From NCBI GenBank assembly GCA_038231275.1, contig JBBRLQ010000007.1:96001-160000 (forward strand): a DNA stretch of 64,000 nucleotides. The letters run 5' to 3'. The translations under genes and the position numbers were made by a program. Below the pieces are notes generated by a model. The model had not been told where the DNA came from and made no database searches. It saw only the letters and a program-made list of their open reading frames with translations. Positions 30,438-39,568 of this stretch are shown here, piece after piece. Each line of letters opens with the position of its first letter. Within the stretch, counting starts at the first letter, position 1. The stretch comes from Polyangiales bacterium. Its GTDB lineage: Bacteria; Myxococcota_A; Polyangia; Polyangiales; Polyangiaceae.

Positions 30438-30754
30438 TCCGACCAAGAGCTCATGAGTGGCAACAACCAAAAGCACGCACCTGTGGACGGGGCCGCCACA
30501 AGCGTCTCAATCGGCTCAACGAAGCAACCCTCGTGCCTCGCTGAGGTTTCGGTGGGTTGGGTTGCAAAAACCGTTGCGTGGGGTGCGACACAGGGATCGC
30601 CGGTCCACACGTGCGAGGCGCCGCGTTCGGTCGGACCTCGGCGACGTGGCTCCCCCGCACCGCTCGAGACCAAGCATCGCCGCAGAACCTACGGGCTTTC
30701 TTGGTGGTCGCCAAGAATTTCACGTACCCTGAGGTGGGGTTTGCGCTGCCGCTC

Positions 30755-31426
30755 ATGGCCGACGAAGAAGAGAAGGAAGACGGAGCGATCTACAAGGTCG
30801 ACACCGTCCCCCCGCCGCCCGGGGAGGACGACGCTTACAGCGCTCCCACCCGCGTCGGTGAGATGCCGCCGGAGGTGCTCGAAGCCATGCGCGGGGCCGG
30901 GCTCGTCCCGGGCAAAGACGCGTCGACGTCGAAGGTGCCATCGGCGCTGAGGCCGCCTCGCCCGCCGTCGTTCGAGATCGCCGCGGACGCGGTCAGCACG
31001 CCGGCCGCGAACGACAAGGCGCTGGACGCGCCGCCGGCGCCGTCGTCGGCCAAGGTGAAGGCCGTCGCCCCGAGCCCACTCAAGGTCCCGAGCACTCCAC
31101 CCACGGGGGAGACGGATCCATCCTCTGACGACGTTCCCGCGCGTCCGTCGCCGCTCCCTGACCTGTCGCAGCTGCAGCGCGAGGACCACGAGGCGGCCCA
31201 AGAGTTGGGGGACTCGTCCATCGAGGAGATCGAGCGGCCCTATGCGCGCGACGACGACGCCGACGATGCACCCACCCAAATGCATCCGTCCGCCAAACCG
31301 CTGCCTCCGGCCTTGGGGGCGGGGAGCATTCCCGGCGCTCGCCCGCCGATTCCACGCGAGGCGCTGCTCGTTCTCGCGCTCGTCGTCGCGCTCATCACAC
31401 TCGCGCTCGCGCTCGGCATGAAGTAG
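30755..31426 (+). CDS. acidic/Pro-rich tail-anchored hypothetical protein
   Basis: DTVPPPPGEDDAYSAPTRVG; low complexity; C-terminal TM segment. Confidence 0.7.
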   Translation: MADEEEKEDGAIYKVDTVPPPPGEDDAYSAPTRVGEMPPEVLEAMRGAGLVPGKDASTSKVPSALRPPRPPSFEIAADAVSTPAANDKALDAPPAPSSAKVKAVAPSPLKVPSTPPTGETDPSSDDVPARPSPLPDLSQLQREDHEAAQELGDSSIEEIERPYARDDDADDAPTQMHPSAKPLPPALGAGSIPGARPPIPREALLVLALVVALITLALALGMK

Positions 31427-31458
31427 CGGCCGAGCGTTTCCTCGCTGCGCTTCGCTGC

Positions 31459-32871
31459 TCAGAGCTCGTGCTTGCGAATCAGCCGGTAGATGTACGTGCG
31501 ATCGATGCCCGCCTTCTTCGCGGCGGCCGACACGTTGCGGTTGTGACGCATGAGGAGCTGCCGGACGTACTCTTTTTCGCCGGCGTCGATCCACGACTCC
31601 CGGAAGTCCTTGTAGGCGAGCTCGAACATGTGCGGATCGTCGATGGCGAGCGACGAGCCCGTCGCCTGCGGAAGCGGCGGAGGGATCGACGCCGAGGGCT
31701 GCGGTGGGCTCATCGACGGAGGCGGGCCCCCGTCACGAAGCGCAGCCGCCTCGCGTGCGGTGCCCGCCATCGCGAGCGCCTCGGCGGCCCCGAGGGCCCT
31801 CAGGCGATCGATGAAGTTTCGAAGCTCGCGAACGTTGCCGCGCCACGGGCGCGCGACGAGCTCGCGGATCACGTCGGAGCTGAGGTGGCTGCTCCCCGCG
31901 GTCTGTCGCAAGAAGTGGTTCGCGAGCAGCTCGATGTCCTCGCGACGCTCGCGGAGAGGCGGCACCGACACCGGGAGCACCGAGATGCGGAAGTAGAGGT
32001 CCTCGCGGAACTCGCCGACGTTGACCATCGTGAGGAGATCGCGGTGCGTCGCCGAGACGAAGCGCACGTCGATGGTGCGGTACGTCGTCTCGCCGATTCG
32101 ACGGACCGTGCGCGACTCGAGGACGCGCAGGAGCTTGGGCTGCATGGAGATCGGCATCTCGCCGATCTCGTCGAGGAACACGGTGCCGCCGTCCGCCGAC
32201 TCGATCGCGCCGGCGCGGGCGCCGACCGCACCGGTGAATGCGCCCTTGGCGTGGCCGAAGAGCTCCGCGTCGAGCAGGTTCTCCGGGAGCGCCGCGCAGT
32301 CGACGACGACGAAAGGCTTCGTCGCGCGAGGCGACGCGTCGTGGATGGCGCGGGCGACGAGCTCCTTGCCGGTCCCGGTTTCTCCCTGGATGAACACCGA
32401 GGTGTCCATGGGCGCGACCTTGGCGAGGCGTGCGAAGAGCTCGCGCATTGGTGTGCTGCGTCCGACGAGCTTCTCGAAGATGTCGTGCGGCCACAGATCG
32501 ACCGGGCGCTTGGCCGCCGCGTTGTAGTCGACGAGGAAATCCGTGGAACCGAGGCGCACCCGCGCTCCCTGCGGGACGAGCGCGCCGGTCACCTGGAGGC
32601 CTTCGACGAACGTCCCGTTGCGGCTCCCCAGATCGCGCACCCAGAGGCCGTCCTCGCGCGCCTCGAACTCGGCGTGGAGGCGTGACACCGTCGGGTCCTG
32701 CACGACGAGGCCGCTTCCGGGCGCCGAGCCAACGACGACAGGGCCTTCGATGAGGCGCCCCTGTCGGCCACTGGCGTCCGTCCACTCGACCCTCGGCCGG
32801 CTGCGAAACTGCGGGGCGAACGCGGCTTGGTTCAGCTGCGTCTCCTCGGGCGGCGGCTCGGAGTAAGGCAT
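31459..32871 (-). CDS. FHA-domain sigma54 enhancer-binding protein
   Basis: FHA (VSRLHA, DLGSRNGT), GETGTGKE, GAFTGA, FLDEIGE, WRGNVREL, C-terminal HTH. Confidence 0.95.
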   Translation of the reverse strand: MPYSEPPPEETQLNQAAFAPQFRSRPRVEWTDASGRQGRLIEGPVVVGSAPGSGLVVQDPTVSRLHAEFEAREDGLWVRDLGSRNGTFVEGLQVTGALVPQGARVRLGSTDFLVDYNAAAKRPVDLWPHDIFEKLVGRSTPMRELFARLAKVAPMDTSVFIQGETGTGKELVARAIHDASPRATKPFVVVDCAALPENLLDAELFGHAKGAFTGAVGARAGAIESADGGTVFLDEIGEMPISMQPKLLRVLESRTVRRIGETTYRTIDVRFVSATHRDLLTMVNVGEFREDLYFRISVLPVSVPPLRERREDIELLANHFLRQTAGSSHLSSDVIRELVARPWRGNVRELRNFIDRLRALGAAEALAMAGTAREAAALRDGGPPPSMSPPQPSASIPPPLPQATGSSLAIDDPHMFELAYKDFRESWIDAGEKEYVRQLLMRHNRNVSAAAKKAGIDRTYIYRLIRKHEL

Positions 32872-33002
32872 TGGGCCACCCAGTATACCGTCTCTGCCCT
32901 GTCCACAACGGAGTGTCGGCGTGATGCCCCGCAGACGACAGGTTCCCTCGTTGGTGGCCGTGGGGTCCACGCTCCGTCACGCCCCTTCCACGAGTTCAGC
33001 AG

Positions 33003-33018
33003 TGGAACGGGCCTTGCT
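33003..33018 (+). promoter_or_regulatory. sigma54 -24/-12 promoter
   Basis: TGGAACGGGCCTTGCT = GG-N10-GC, divergent from the sigma54 activator gene. Confidence 0.75.
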
Positions 33019-33029
33019 CAGTGGTTGAC

Positions 33030-33677
33030 ATGGTGCCCACCAAGCCCTTCGCCAAGGCCGCGGGACCCCGCTTCGCCCAGCTGGGCACGGTAAGAGTGCT
33101 AGACGTCGCCGACGCGAGCCGTACGGCGGCGGTCGCATTTCTCGAAGGGACCGCGACCGGATGGGGTCGAGCGGAGCTGGCCGCGTGGCTCACGGGCGCC
33201 TACCGCGCCTCGACCACGCGCAACCCGACCGCGCTCGCGGGCGCAGGCAACGGCGACACGACGATCTCCGACGGCACCGTGGAGCGCGTCCTCTTGCGCA
33301 CGCGCGAGCGCCTCATCGACCTCTTGGCAGGCGGCGCGTGCGAGTGGAGCAAGGCGGGATTCACGACGCACGCCGTCGAAGCAGGGCTCGTCGTTGGCGT
33401 CACCGACGAGAGCGGCGCGCTGGGGTATGCCCCGCTCGATCTGCCCGGGATGCGCCTCTACGATCGCGTGTCCGCGCTGTTCGTCGCCGACTACCTCACG
33501 CGTCCTCGCGACTACGAGGGGCTCTCGCTCTGCGAAGAGTGCTCGGAGCTCTCGTTTTCTTGGGCGCCGTCTCACCACCGCCACTGCTCCACTCCTCCCG
33601 TGGTCAGCGGGGTCGTCGCACGTCACACGGGGCTCGTCGCACCGATCACGAGCAGGGGCCTGGGAGACGACAGCTAG
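33030..33677 (+). CDS. hypothetical protein with possible C-terminal zinc site
   Basis: LCEECSELSF...HHRHC; sits directly behind the sigma54 promoter. Confidence 0.65.
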   Translation: MVPTKPFAKAAGPRFAQLGTVRVLDVADASRTAAVAFLEGTATGWGRAELAAWLTGAYRASTTRNPTALAGAGNGDTTISDGTVERVLLRTRERLIDLLAGGACEWSKAGFTTHAVEAGLVVGVTDESGALGYAPLDLPGMRLYDRVSALFVADYLTRPRDYEGLSLCEECSELSFSWAPSHHRHCSTPPVVSGVVARHTGLVAPITSRGLGDDS

Positions 33678-33702
33678 AGCGCGTACGCTTCGCGCAGGCT
33701 CG

Positions 33703-34443
33703 ATGAGGCGCTCCATCCCCGAGGACTCGGTCGACGTGTGGGCAGTTCGGCCGGCGACCGTCGAGCCGGCGTACATCGCGGCGTACCGCGGGCTCCTGAC
33801 TCCGGACGAGGAGGCCCGCGCCGCGCGCTATCGGTTCGACGAGCACCGACGCGAGTATCTGGTGACGCGCGCCCTCGTTCGAACGACGCTTTCCCGCTAC
33901 CGCGACGTCGCGCCGAAGGACTGGCGCTTCACTGCGAACGCCTACGGGAGGCCCTCGACGTCTCCGGCGTGTGGTCTCGAGTTCAATCTGTCGAACACTC
34001 TCTCGCTCGTTGTCTGCGCAGTCTCCGAGCATCGCGAGCTCGGCATCGACGTGGAGCCGCTGGCTCGCGCGAAGGACATTCTCGAGGTCGCCGAGACCGT
34101 CTTCACCGACGTCGAGCGCGCCGAGCTGCGCGCCCTCGACGCCGCGGGCGCGGCCGACCGTGCGGTCTCGTTGTGGACGCTGAAAGAGGCGTACATGAAG
34201 GCGCGGGGAATGGGGATGAGCCTGCCGCCGAAGGAGATCTCGCTGGGGTTTCCGAGCGGTGGAGCGCCGTCCATCGAGGTCGCCGCCCAGTACGCGGACG
34301 GTCGCACGTGGTCGCTTCGTACCGTAGACGTGGACGGACATCGCCTAGCGTTGGCCGTAGCAGCGCCGAGCTCCGTGGAGCTCCTGACGACGGTACAGAT
34401 TGTGATTCCAGAATTGTTCGAAGGAGGACCTCGTGAATCGTGA
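33703..34443 (+). CDS. Sfp-type 4'-phosphopantetheinyl transferase
   Basis: NAYGRP, FNLSNT, LGIDVE, WTLKEAYMKARGMG. Confidence 0.93.
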   Translation: MRRSIPEDSVDVWAVRPATVEPAYIAAYRGLLTPDEEARAARYRFDEHRREYLVTRALVRTTLSRYRDVAPKDWRFTANAYGRPSTSPACGLEFNLSNTLSLVVCAVSEHRELGIDVEPLARAKDILEVAETVFTDVERAELRALDAAGAADRAVSLWTLKEAYMKARGMGMSLPPKEISLGFPSGGAPSIEVAAQYADGRTWSLRTVDVDGHRLALAVAAPSSVELLTTVQIVIPELFEGGPRES

Positions 34444-34495
34444 ATGCCGCAGCTCGGTCGGTCTCTTGGCCCACGTTTCGCAGGTACGCGGCCCG

Positions 34496-35221
34496 ATGAA
34501 TCGACGTGCGACGACGCTGTTGCCGATACTGACCGTCCTTGCCCTCGGGTGCGGAGGAGCGAGGCCCGCGGGCTCTCGGGCTCAGGCCGATGCCGCGCTG
34601 CCCGAGGCGCTGACGTGCGACGGTGCGCTGCCTCCTGGCGAACGCATCGCCATGGAGCCGGGCGGGACGGAGGCGAGGCGGCAAGTGACGCAACCCATGA
34701 GCGCGGGCGGTGCAGAGGGCCTACGCATGTTCAAGCAGCAGCGGTGGGACGCGTCCATTCCCTTCCTGCGAAACGCTGCGGGTGGGCGAGGTGGTGACGA
34801 TCGCGCGAACCGCGATCTGTCGCAATTCCGCCTCGGGGTCGCGCTCCTCTTCACCGGCCAGGACAGCGAGGCGAAGGCGCTGCTCGGCGTCATCGCGCGC
34901 GACCCGGCGAACGCCGCACGACCGGAGATGCTTGTCTGGCTCGCGGATACGTCCGTCGTCCACCCGGGCCTGGCCCACTACTTCGGCGCGTTCGACGACG
35001 CCGACGTGGCCGCCATCGAAGGACCCGAGGCGCAGAGATCCAAGGTCAATTACATGATTGGACGGCAGCGGTTCGAACAGAAGACCTTCGCCGACGCGAT
35101 GTTCTTCTTCTCTCAGGTGAAGCCGCCGAGCACGTTCACGCGCCACGCGCAGCGCTGCGTCGCCAAGATCGATGCGAACACCAATGCGGCGAGAGGCGCC
35201 ACGCCCCAGGCCGCGCGCTGA
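34496..35221 (+). CDS. lipoprotein with TPR-like helices
   Basis: Lipobox LALGC; helical repeats. Confidence 0.6.
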   Translation: MNRRATTLLPILTVLALGCGGARPAGSRAQADAALPEALTCDGALPPGERIAMEPGGTEARRQVTQPMSAGGAEGLRMFKQQRWDASIPFLRNAAGGRGGDDRANRDLSQFRLGVALLFTGQDSEAKALLGVIARDPANAARPEMLVWLADTSVVHPGLAHYFGAFDDADVAAIEGPEAQRSKVNYMIGRQRFEQKTFADAMFFFSQVKPPSTFTRHAQRCVAKIDANTNAARGATPQAAR

Positions 35222-35228
35222 AGCGCCG

Positions 35229-36254
35229 TCATATCTGAGAGGGCGAGGTCACGCGGACGAGGATTGCCGTGATGTTGTCGAGGCCACCCTTCTCGTTCGC
35301 GACGGCGATCAGCCGCTCGACCGCCGCCTCCGGGTTCTTCTCCGCGACGAGCACTTTCGCGATTCCTTCACTCGATACCATCTTGCTCAGGCCGTCGGAG
35401 CAAAGGAGGTAGACGTCGTCGGGCAGCGGCTTCGCGAAGATGATGTCGATCGGCACGAGCGGCCAGACCCCGATGGCGCGCGAGAGATGTCCACCCTCGG
35501 GGCCCGTGATTCCGTGCTGCTTCATGGTGTGGTCGGTGGTCATCCGCTTCAAGACGCCGTCGCGTAGTCGGTAGGCGCGGCTGTCGCCGACGTGACCGAG
35601 GTAGAGGCGCTGCTTGTTCGGCGAGAAACGGGCGGCAGTGAGCGTCGTCCCCATCCCGCTGAGCGCTTTGTCGCGGCTAGCTCTGGCCAGCACGGCGGCG
35701 TTGGCCATTTGCATCGCCCGCGCGAGCTCCGACGCCCGCCGCGGAAGGTTGTCGTGAGGGGCGCCGTCGAACTTCTGCTCGGCGAGCGCGCGTCCGATCG
35801 TCTCCACCGCGAGCTTGCTCGCGATCTCGCCGCCGCGGTAACCGCCCATGCCGTCGGCGACGACGAAGGTGGAGTTCGCGTCGTCGATGAGCAAGCTGTC
35901 CTCGTTCGCCTTCCGGCGCTTGCCCTTGTCCGTCTGCGCCTTCGCGGAGACGAGGATGAGCGCCGAGGCTTGCGTCGGCTCGTCGGTCGCGGCGTCGTCG
36001 TCGTAGACGATCGCGGTCGTCGGGGGCTGCTGCACGCCCTGCGTGACGTCGGAGCCGACCTTGGTGGGATCGATGCTCGCGTCCTCTTCGTAGTCGATGC
36101 GCGGCAGATCGCCGAGCGTGGGACGGCGTTCCCCCTGGGGGCCGAGCTTCGGCGCGGCAGGAGAGGCGGCCTCCTCGGGAGGCGCGGTGAAATAGGCGAC
36201 CACGAGCGCGATGGTGAAGCCCGCGCCGAGCAGGACCCAAAGCCAGCTGTTCAC
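35229..36254 (-). CDS. PP2C-family phosphatase with N-terminal TM anchor (paralog of 29316..30437)
   Basis: NEDS, VADGMGG, HVGDSR, LCSDGL, GGLDN; GTG start overlaps the MbtH-like stop (GTGA). Confidence 0.92.
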   Translation of the reverse strand: MNSWLWVLLGAGFTIALVVAYFTAPPEEAASPAAPKLGPQGERRPTLGDLPRIDYEEDASIDPTKVGSDVTQGVQQPPTTAIVYDDDAATDEPTQASALILVSAKAQTDKGKRRKANEDSLLIDDANSTFVVADGMGGYRGGEIASKLAVETIGRALAEQKFDGAPHDNLPRRASELARAMQMANAAVLARASRDKALSGMGTTLTAARFSPNKQRLYLGHVGDSRAYRLRDGVLKRMTTDHTMKQHGITGPEGGHLSRAIGVWPLVPIDIIFAKPLPDDVYLLCSDGLSKMVSSEGIAKVLVAEKNPEAAVERLIAVANEKGGLDNITAILVRVTSPSQI

Positions 36255-36496
36255 GGCGCCGAGGTGCCCTTGTCCTTCGCCTCTTGCTCGGCCATCCACT
36301 TGCGAAGGCTCAGCGGACGCATGTCCGTCCAGACCTCGCCGATGTGCTTCAGGCACTCCGCCTTCGGTCCGCTCTTGCCGTCCGTTCGCCACCCCGCGGG
36401 CACGTCGCGATCGGCGAGCCAGATCGAGTATTGCTCCTCGTCGTTGATCACGACGATGTATGCGCGCGTGTCCTCTTCTTCGTCGGCGGGGGGCAT
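36251..36496 (-). CDS. MbtH-like protein
   Basis: [34 protein letters not shown]; alternative start at 36538. Confidence 0.95.
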   Translation of the reverse strand: MPPADEEEDTRAYIVVINDEEQYSIWLADRDVPAGWRTDGKSGPKAECLKHIGEVWTDMRPLSLRKWMAEQEAKDKGTSAP

Positions 36497-36556
36497 GAGG
36501 CGAGAGTAGCCGATTTCGAAGGCACTTTGGTTCTCCATGGGGGTAGCTTCAACTTC

Positions 36557-37357
36557 GTGAGGCTCCTCGCCATCAGCGACACACACCTGCGCTCGCCGGG
36601 GAACCGAGCCTTCGTGGAAGGTCTGCCGCCGCAGCCCGACGACTGGCTCATCCTCGGCGGAGACGTCTGCGAACGTGAGGAAGATCTCGCGTTCGTGCTC
36701 GACACCCTCGGCCCGAAATTCGCGAAGCTCATTTGGATCCCGGGAAATCACGAGCTCTGGACGGTCCCGCAAGGGGGACTACGGGGTGTGCAGAGGTACG
36801 AACGCTTCGTCGCGATCTGCCGCGCGCGCGGCGTGTTGACGCCCGAGGACCCCTATCCCTCGTGGCCCGGCGATGGGCCGCCGACCGTCATCGCGCCGCT
36901 TTTCCTCCTCTACGACTACTCGTTTCGACCGGACGAGGTGAGCCGCGAGGGGGCCATCGACTGGGCGATGGAGCATGATCTGCTCTGCGCCGACGAGAAG
37001 CTCCTTCATCCCGATCCGTACGCGACGCGTGACGCGTGGTGCGAGGCCCGCTGCGCGTCGACCGAGGAGAGGCTCGCCGCGCTCGGGTCCGATGTGCAGA
37101 CCGTCCTCGTGAACCATTTCCCGCTTCGTCGCGCGCACGCGCGGTTGCCGCTCATCCCGCGCTTCTCGATTTGGTGCGGCACGCGGCGCACCGAAGAGTG
37201 GCACCTTCGTTTTCGCGCGCGCGCCGTCGTCTACGGCCACCTCCACATCCGTCGTACGCACGTCGAGGACGGGGTGCGGTTCGAGGAGGTCTCGTTGGGC
37301 TACTCCGGTCAGTGGTCCGGCGATCCGTCGCGGTACCTCCGCGTCGTCCTCGAGTGA
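36557..37357 (+). CDS. calcineurin-like metallophosphoesterase, PptH (phosphopantetheine hydrolase)-like
   Basis: [66 protein letters not shown]. Confidence 0.88.
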   Translation: MRLLAISDTHLRSPGNRAFVEGLPPQPDDWLILGGDVCEREEDLAFVLDTLGPKFAKLIWIPGNHELWTVPQGGLRGVQRYERFVAICRARGVLTPEDPYPSWPGDGPPTVIAPLFLLYDYSFRPDEVSREGAIDWAMEHDLLCADEKLLHPDPYATRDAWCEARCASTEERLAALGSDVQTVLVNHFPLRRAHARLPLIPRFSIWCGTRRTEEWHLRFRARAVVYGHLHIRRTHVEDGVRFEEVSLGYSGQWSGDPSRYLRVVLE

Positions 37358-37376
37358 CCGGACTTCCGCGCGCGCT

Positions 37377-38609
37377 TCAACGTCTCGGGCGGCGAGAGCG
37401 TCCGGCGGGGAGGCTGGCCGCCGAGTCCACGAAGATGGGGAGGTTCACATCGGTCTCCGCTTCCGTGGGCGATTGCGCGCGGACTCCGCGGCCCTTCGCA
37501 AATTGCGTCCCGCGCGCGATCCCTTCCGCGCGGATCTTCGCCCAGCACTCGAGCAGCGCTTGCCGGAACGCCGCGGCATTCGCGTACCTCCGGATGCGCT
37601 GCTTCGCGAGCGCGTGCCCGATGACCTGCTCGAGCTCTTGTGGGACGTCGTCGCGCGAGATGCGGATGCTCTCCGGCTCGCGCAGCGCGATCGACGCGAT
37701 GAGCGTGTGGTAGTTCGGCGCGTCGAAGGCGCGGTGGCCGGCAAGCATCTCGTAGAGGACGAGCCCCGACGCCCAGACGTCCGCGCGCTCGTCGAGGTTC
37801 TTCGGGGCGTCGAGCTGCTCGGGCGATAGGTAGTGCGGCGTTCCGGGGATCACGCCGGTCTCGGTGATGGAGCTGAGATCCTCGGGCTGGCTCATGCGCA
37901 TCCACGTCGGGAGGAGCTTCGCCAGACCGAAGTCGATGAGCTTCGCGATCGGCGCTTGCCCGCGCGGGCTGATCAGGAACACGTTGCTCGGCTTCACGTC
38001 GCGATGGAGCACGCCGCGCGCGTGGGCGGCCGAAAGTCCATCGAGCAGCTGGAGTGCCACGGAGATCGCGTCGCCGAGTGCCATCGGCCCTTCTTCGTAG
38101 AGGCGCGAGCGCAGCGTCTCTCCGTGGAGCCGCTCCATCACGATGTACGGCGATCCGTCCTTCACCGTGCCGCTGCCGAAGACTTGGCAGACGTTGGGAT
38201 GACGGAGCGCGTGCGCGGCGCGACGCTCGCGTCGAAACCTCCGGAGGTTCTCCGAGTTGAACGCCGACGGGTGCAGGACCTTCAGCGCGATCTCCTGCCC
38301 ACTGTCGACGTCGACCGCCGAGAAGACCACGCCCATCCCGCCCGCACCGATGACGCTCGCGATGCGGAAGCGACCCTCGACGAGCTGCCCGATCAGACCG
38401 TCGGCGGCCGTCTTGCGCGCCTGGAGCACATGCCCGCTCGATCGAAGCTGGTTCGGCGCGAGCGACGAGTCCCGATCGCGCGTCTCGGCGTCCTGTGGGG
38501 TGCGGCGTCGGGGGGGATTGGGAATCACGAGATCGTGCGGCCGACGGGTGCTCGCCGGGCCATCCTCGTGGAGCGGAGGACGTCGGGGAGGGGGAAAGCG
38601 CCGCACCAT
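37377..38609 (-). CDS. soluble Ser/Thr protein kinase
   Basis: GAGGMG, IALK, HRDVKPSN, DFG, GTPHYLSPEQ; no TM segment; start uncertain. Confidence 0.9.
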   Translation of the reverse strand: MVRRFPPPRRPPLHEDGPASTRRPHDLVIPNPPRRRTPQDAETRDRDSSLAPNQLRSSGHVLQARKTAADGLIGQLVEGRFRIASVIGAGGMGVVFSAVDVDSGQEIALKVLHPSAFNSENLRRFRRERRAAHALRHPNVCQVFGSGTVKDGSPYIVMERLHGETLRSRLYEEGPMALGDAISVALQLLDGLSAAHARGVLHRDVKPSNVFLISPRGQAPIAKLIDFGLAKLLPTWMRMSQPEDLSSITETGVIPGTPHYLSPEQLDAPKNLDERADVWASGLVLYEMLAGHRAFDAPNYHTLIASIALREPESIRISRDDVPQELEQVIGHALAKQRIRRYANAAAFRQALLECWAKIRAEGIARGTQFAKGRGVRAQSPTEAETDVNLPIFVDSAASLPAGRSRRPRR

Positions 38610-38808
38610 CTCGCTAAGCATGCACCATGCCCATGCCAAACGACCAGATTCCGTGGGCTCTTGGTGGCCCGTGGTGACGGTGTGGATGGCCAGGCTTCGG
38701 GCGTGTCGACGTGGACGCGACGGTAGGCGCGAGAGCTGCTTTGTGGGTGTTCGTGCGCGGTGAACACGAGCGACCACTTGCGGTACGGTGATTGGACCGA
38801 TCACCCGC

Positions 38809-39561
38809 ATGCCTCGGCCCACCGATCTAGCTTCACGCGTTCCCTTCCGTCTGCCCCGTCCGTCGGCCAATGTTCGTCTTTTTTGTCTCCCGTTCGCCGG
38901 CGGCGGCGCCGTCAACTACCGCGGGTGGGAGCGGTCGTTGCCCGAGTCGATCGAGGTGTGCCCGGTCGAGCTCCCAGGTCGTGGAACGCGTTTTCGCGAG
39001 GCTCCTCTGGCGGCGATGGGGGCGCTCGTCGACGACCTCCTCGCCGGCCTCGCGCCGCTCTTCGATCGCCCGGTGGCGTTCTTCGGCCACAGCATGGGCG
39101 CTCGCATCGCGCTCGAGCTCGCGCGGCGTCACGGCGACGACGTCGTGCATCTCTTCGCGTCCGGCGCGCCGGCTCCGCACCTCGATCGGCCCTCGGTCGG
39201 GCGGTCGTGGACGAGGTTGTCCAACGCGGAGCTCGTGGAGCAGCTGCGCGCCTGGGGAGGCACGCCGCCGGCAATCATCGACAACGCCGAGCTGATGGAG
39301 CTCGCGCTTCCCGTTCTGAGGAGCGACCTCTCCCTCATCGAGACGTACGAGGGCACCGTCGAACCTCCGCTCGCGTGCGACCTGACGGCCTTCGCCGGGA
39401 TCGATGATCACGAAGTGCCGGTCCGTGACGTCGGCGCGTGGGCGAACTACACGCGCGCGTCGTTCTCCCTGGTCGAGGTAGAAGGCGATCACTTCTTCGT
39501 GAACGACGCGCGCGGTCGCGAGACGATCTTCCGCGCCATCGTGCGTTCGCTGGTACCTTGA
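38809..39561 (+). CDS. type II thioesterase (RifR/GrsT-like)
   Basis: LFCLPFAGG, VELPGRG, FFGHSMG, LPVLRSD, GDHFF. Confidence 0.92.
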   Translation: MPRPTDLASRVPFRLPRPSANVRLFCLPFAGGGAVNYRGWERSLPESIEVCPVELPGRGTRFREAPLAAMGALVDDLLAGLAPLFDRPVAFFGHSMGARIALELARRHGDDVVHLFASGAPAPHLDRPSVGRSWTRLSNAELVEQLRAWGGTPPAIIDNAELMELALPVLRSDLSLIETYEGTVEPPLACDLTAFAGIDDHEVPVRDVGAWANYTRASFSLVEVEGDHFFVNDARGRETIFRAIVRSLVP

Positions 39562-39568
39562 CCGAACG

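Noticed and set aside
30563..30578. sigma54-like site on the minus strand upstream of the PP2C gene (CGCAACGGTTTTTGCA)
   Set aside because: Has GC instead of the invariant GG at -24
38617..38632. GG-N10-GC on the minus strand upstream of the kinase (GGGCATGGTGCATGCT)
   Set aside because: Weaker match, and the predicted +1 falls just past the chosen ATG; unresolved without the true start
33703..39561. Calling this region an NRPS/PKS biosynthetic gene cluster
   Set aside because: No synthetase or carrier domains are present; reported instead as an accessory cluster
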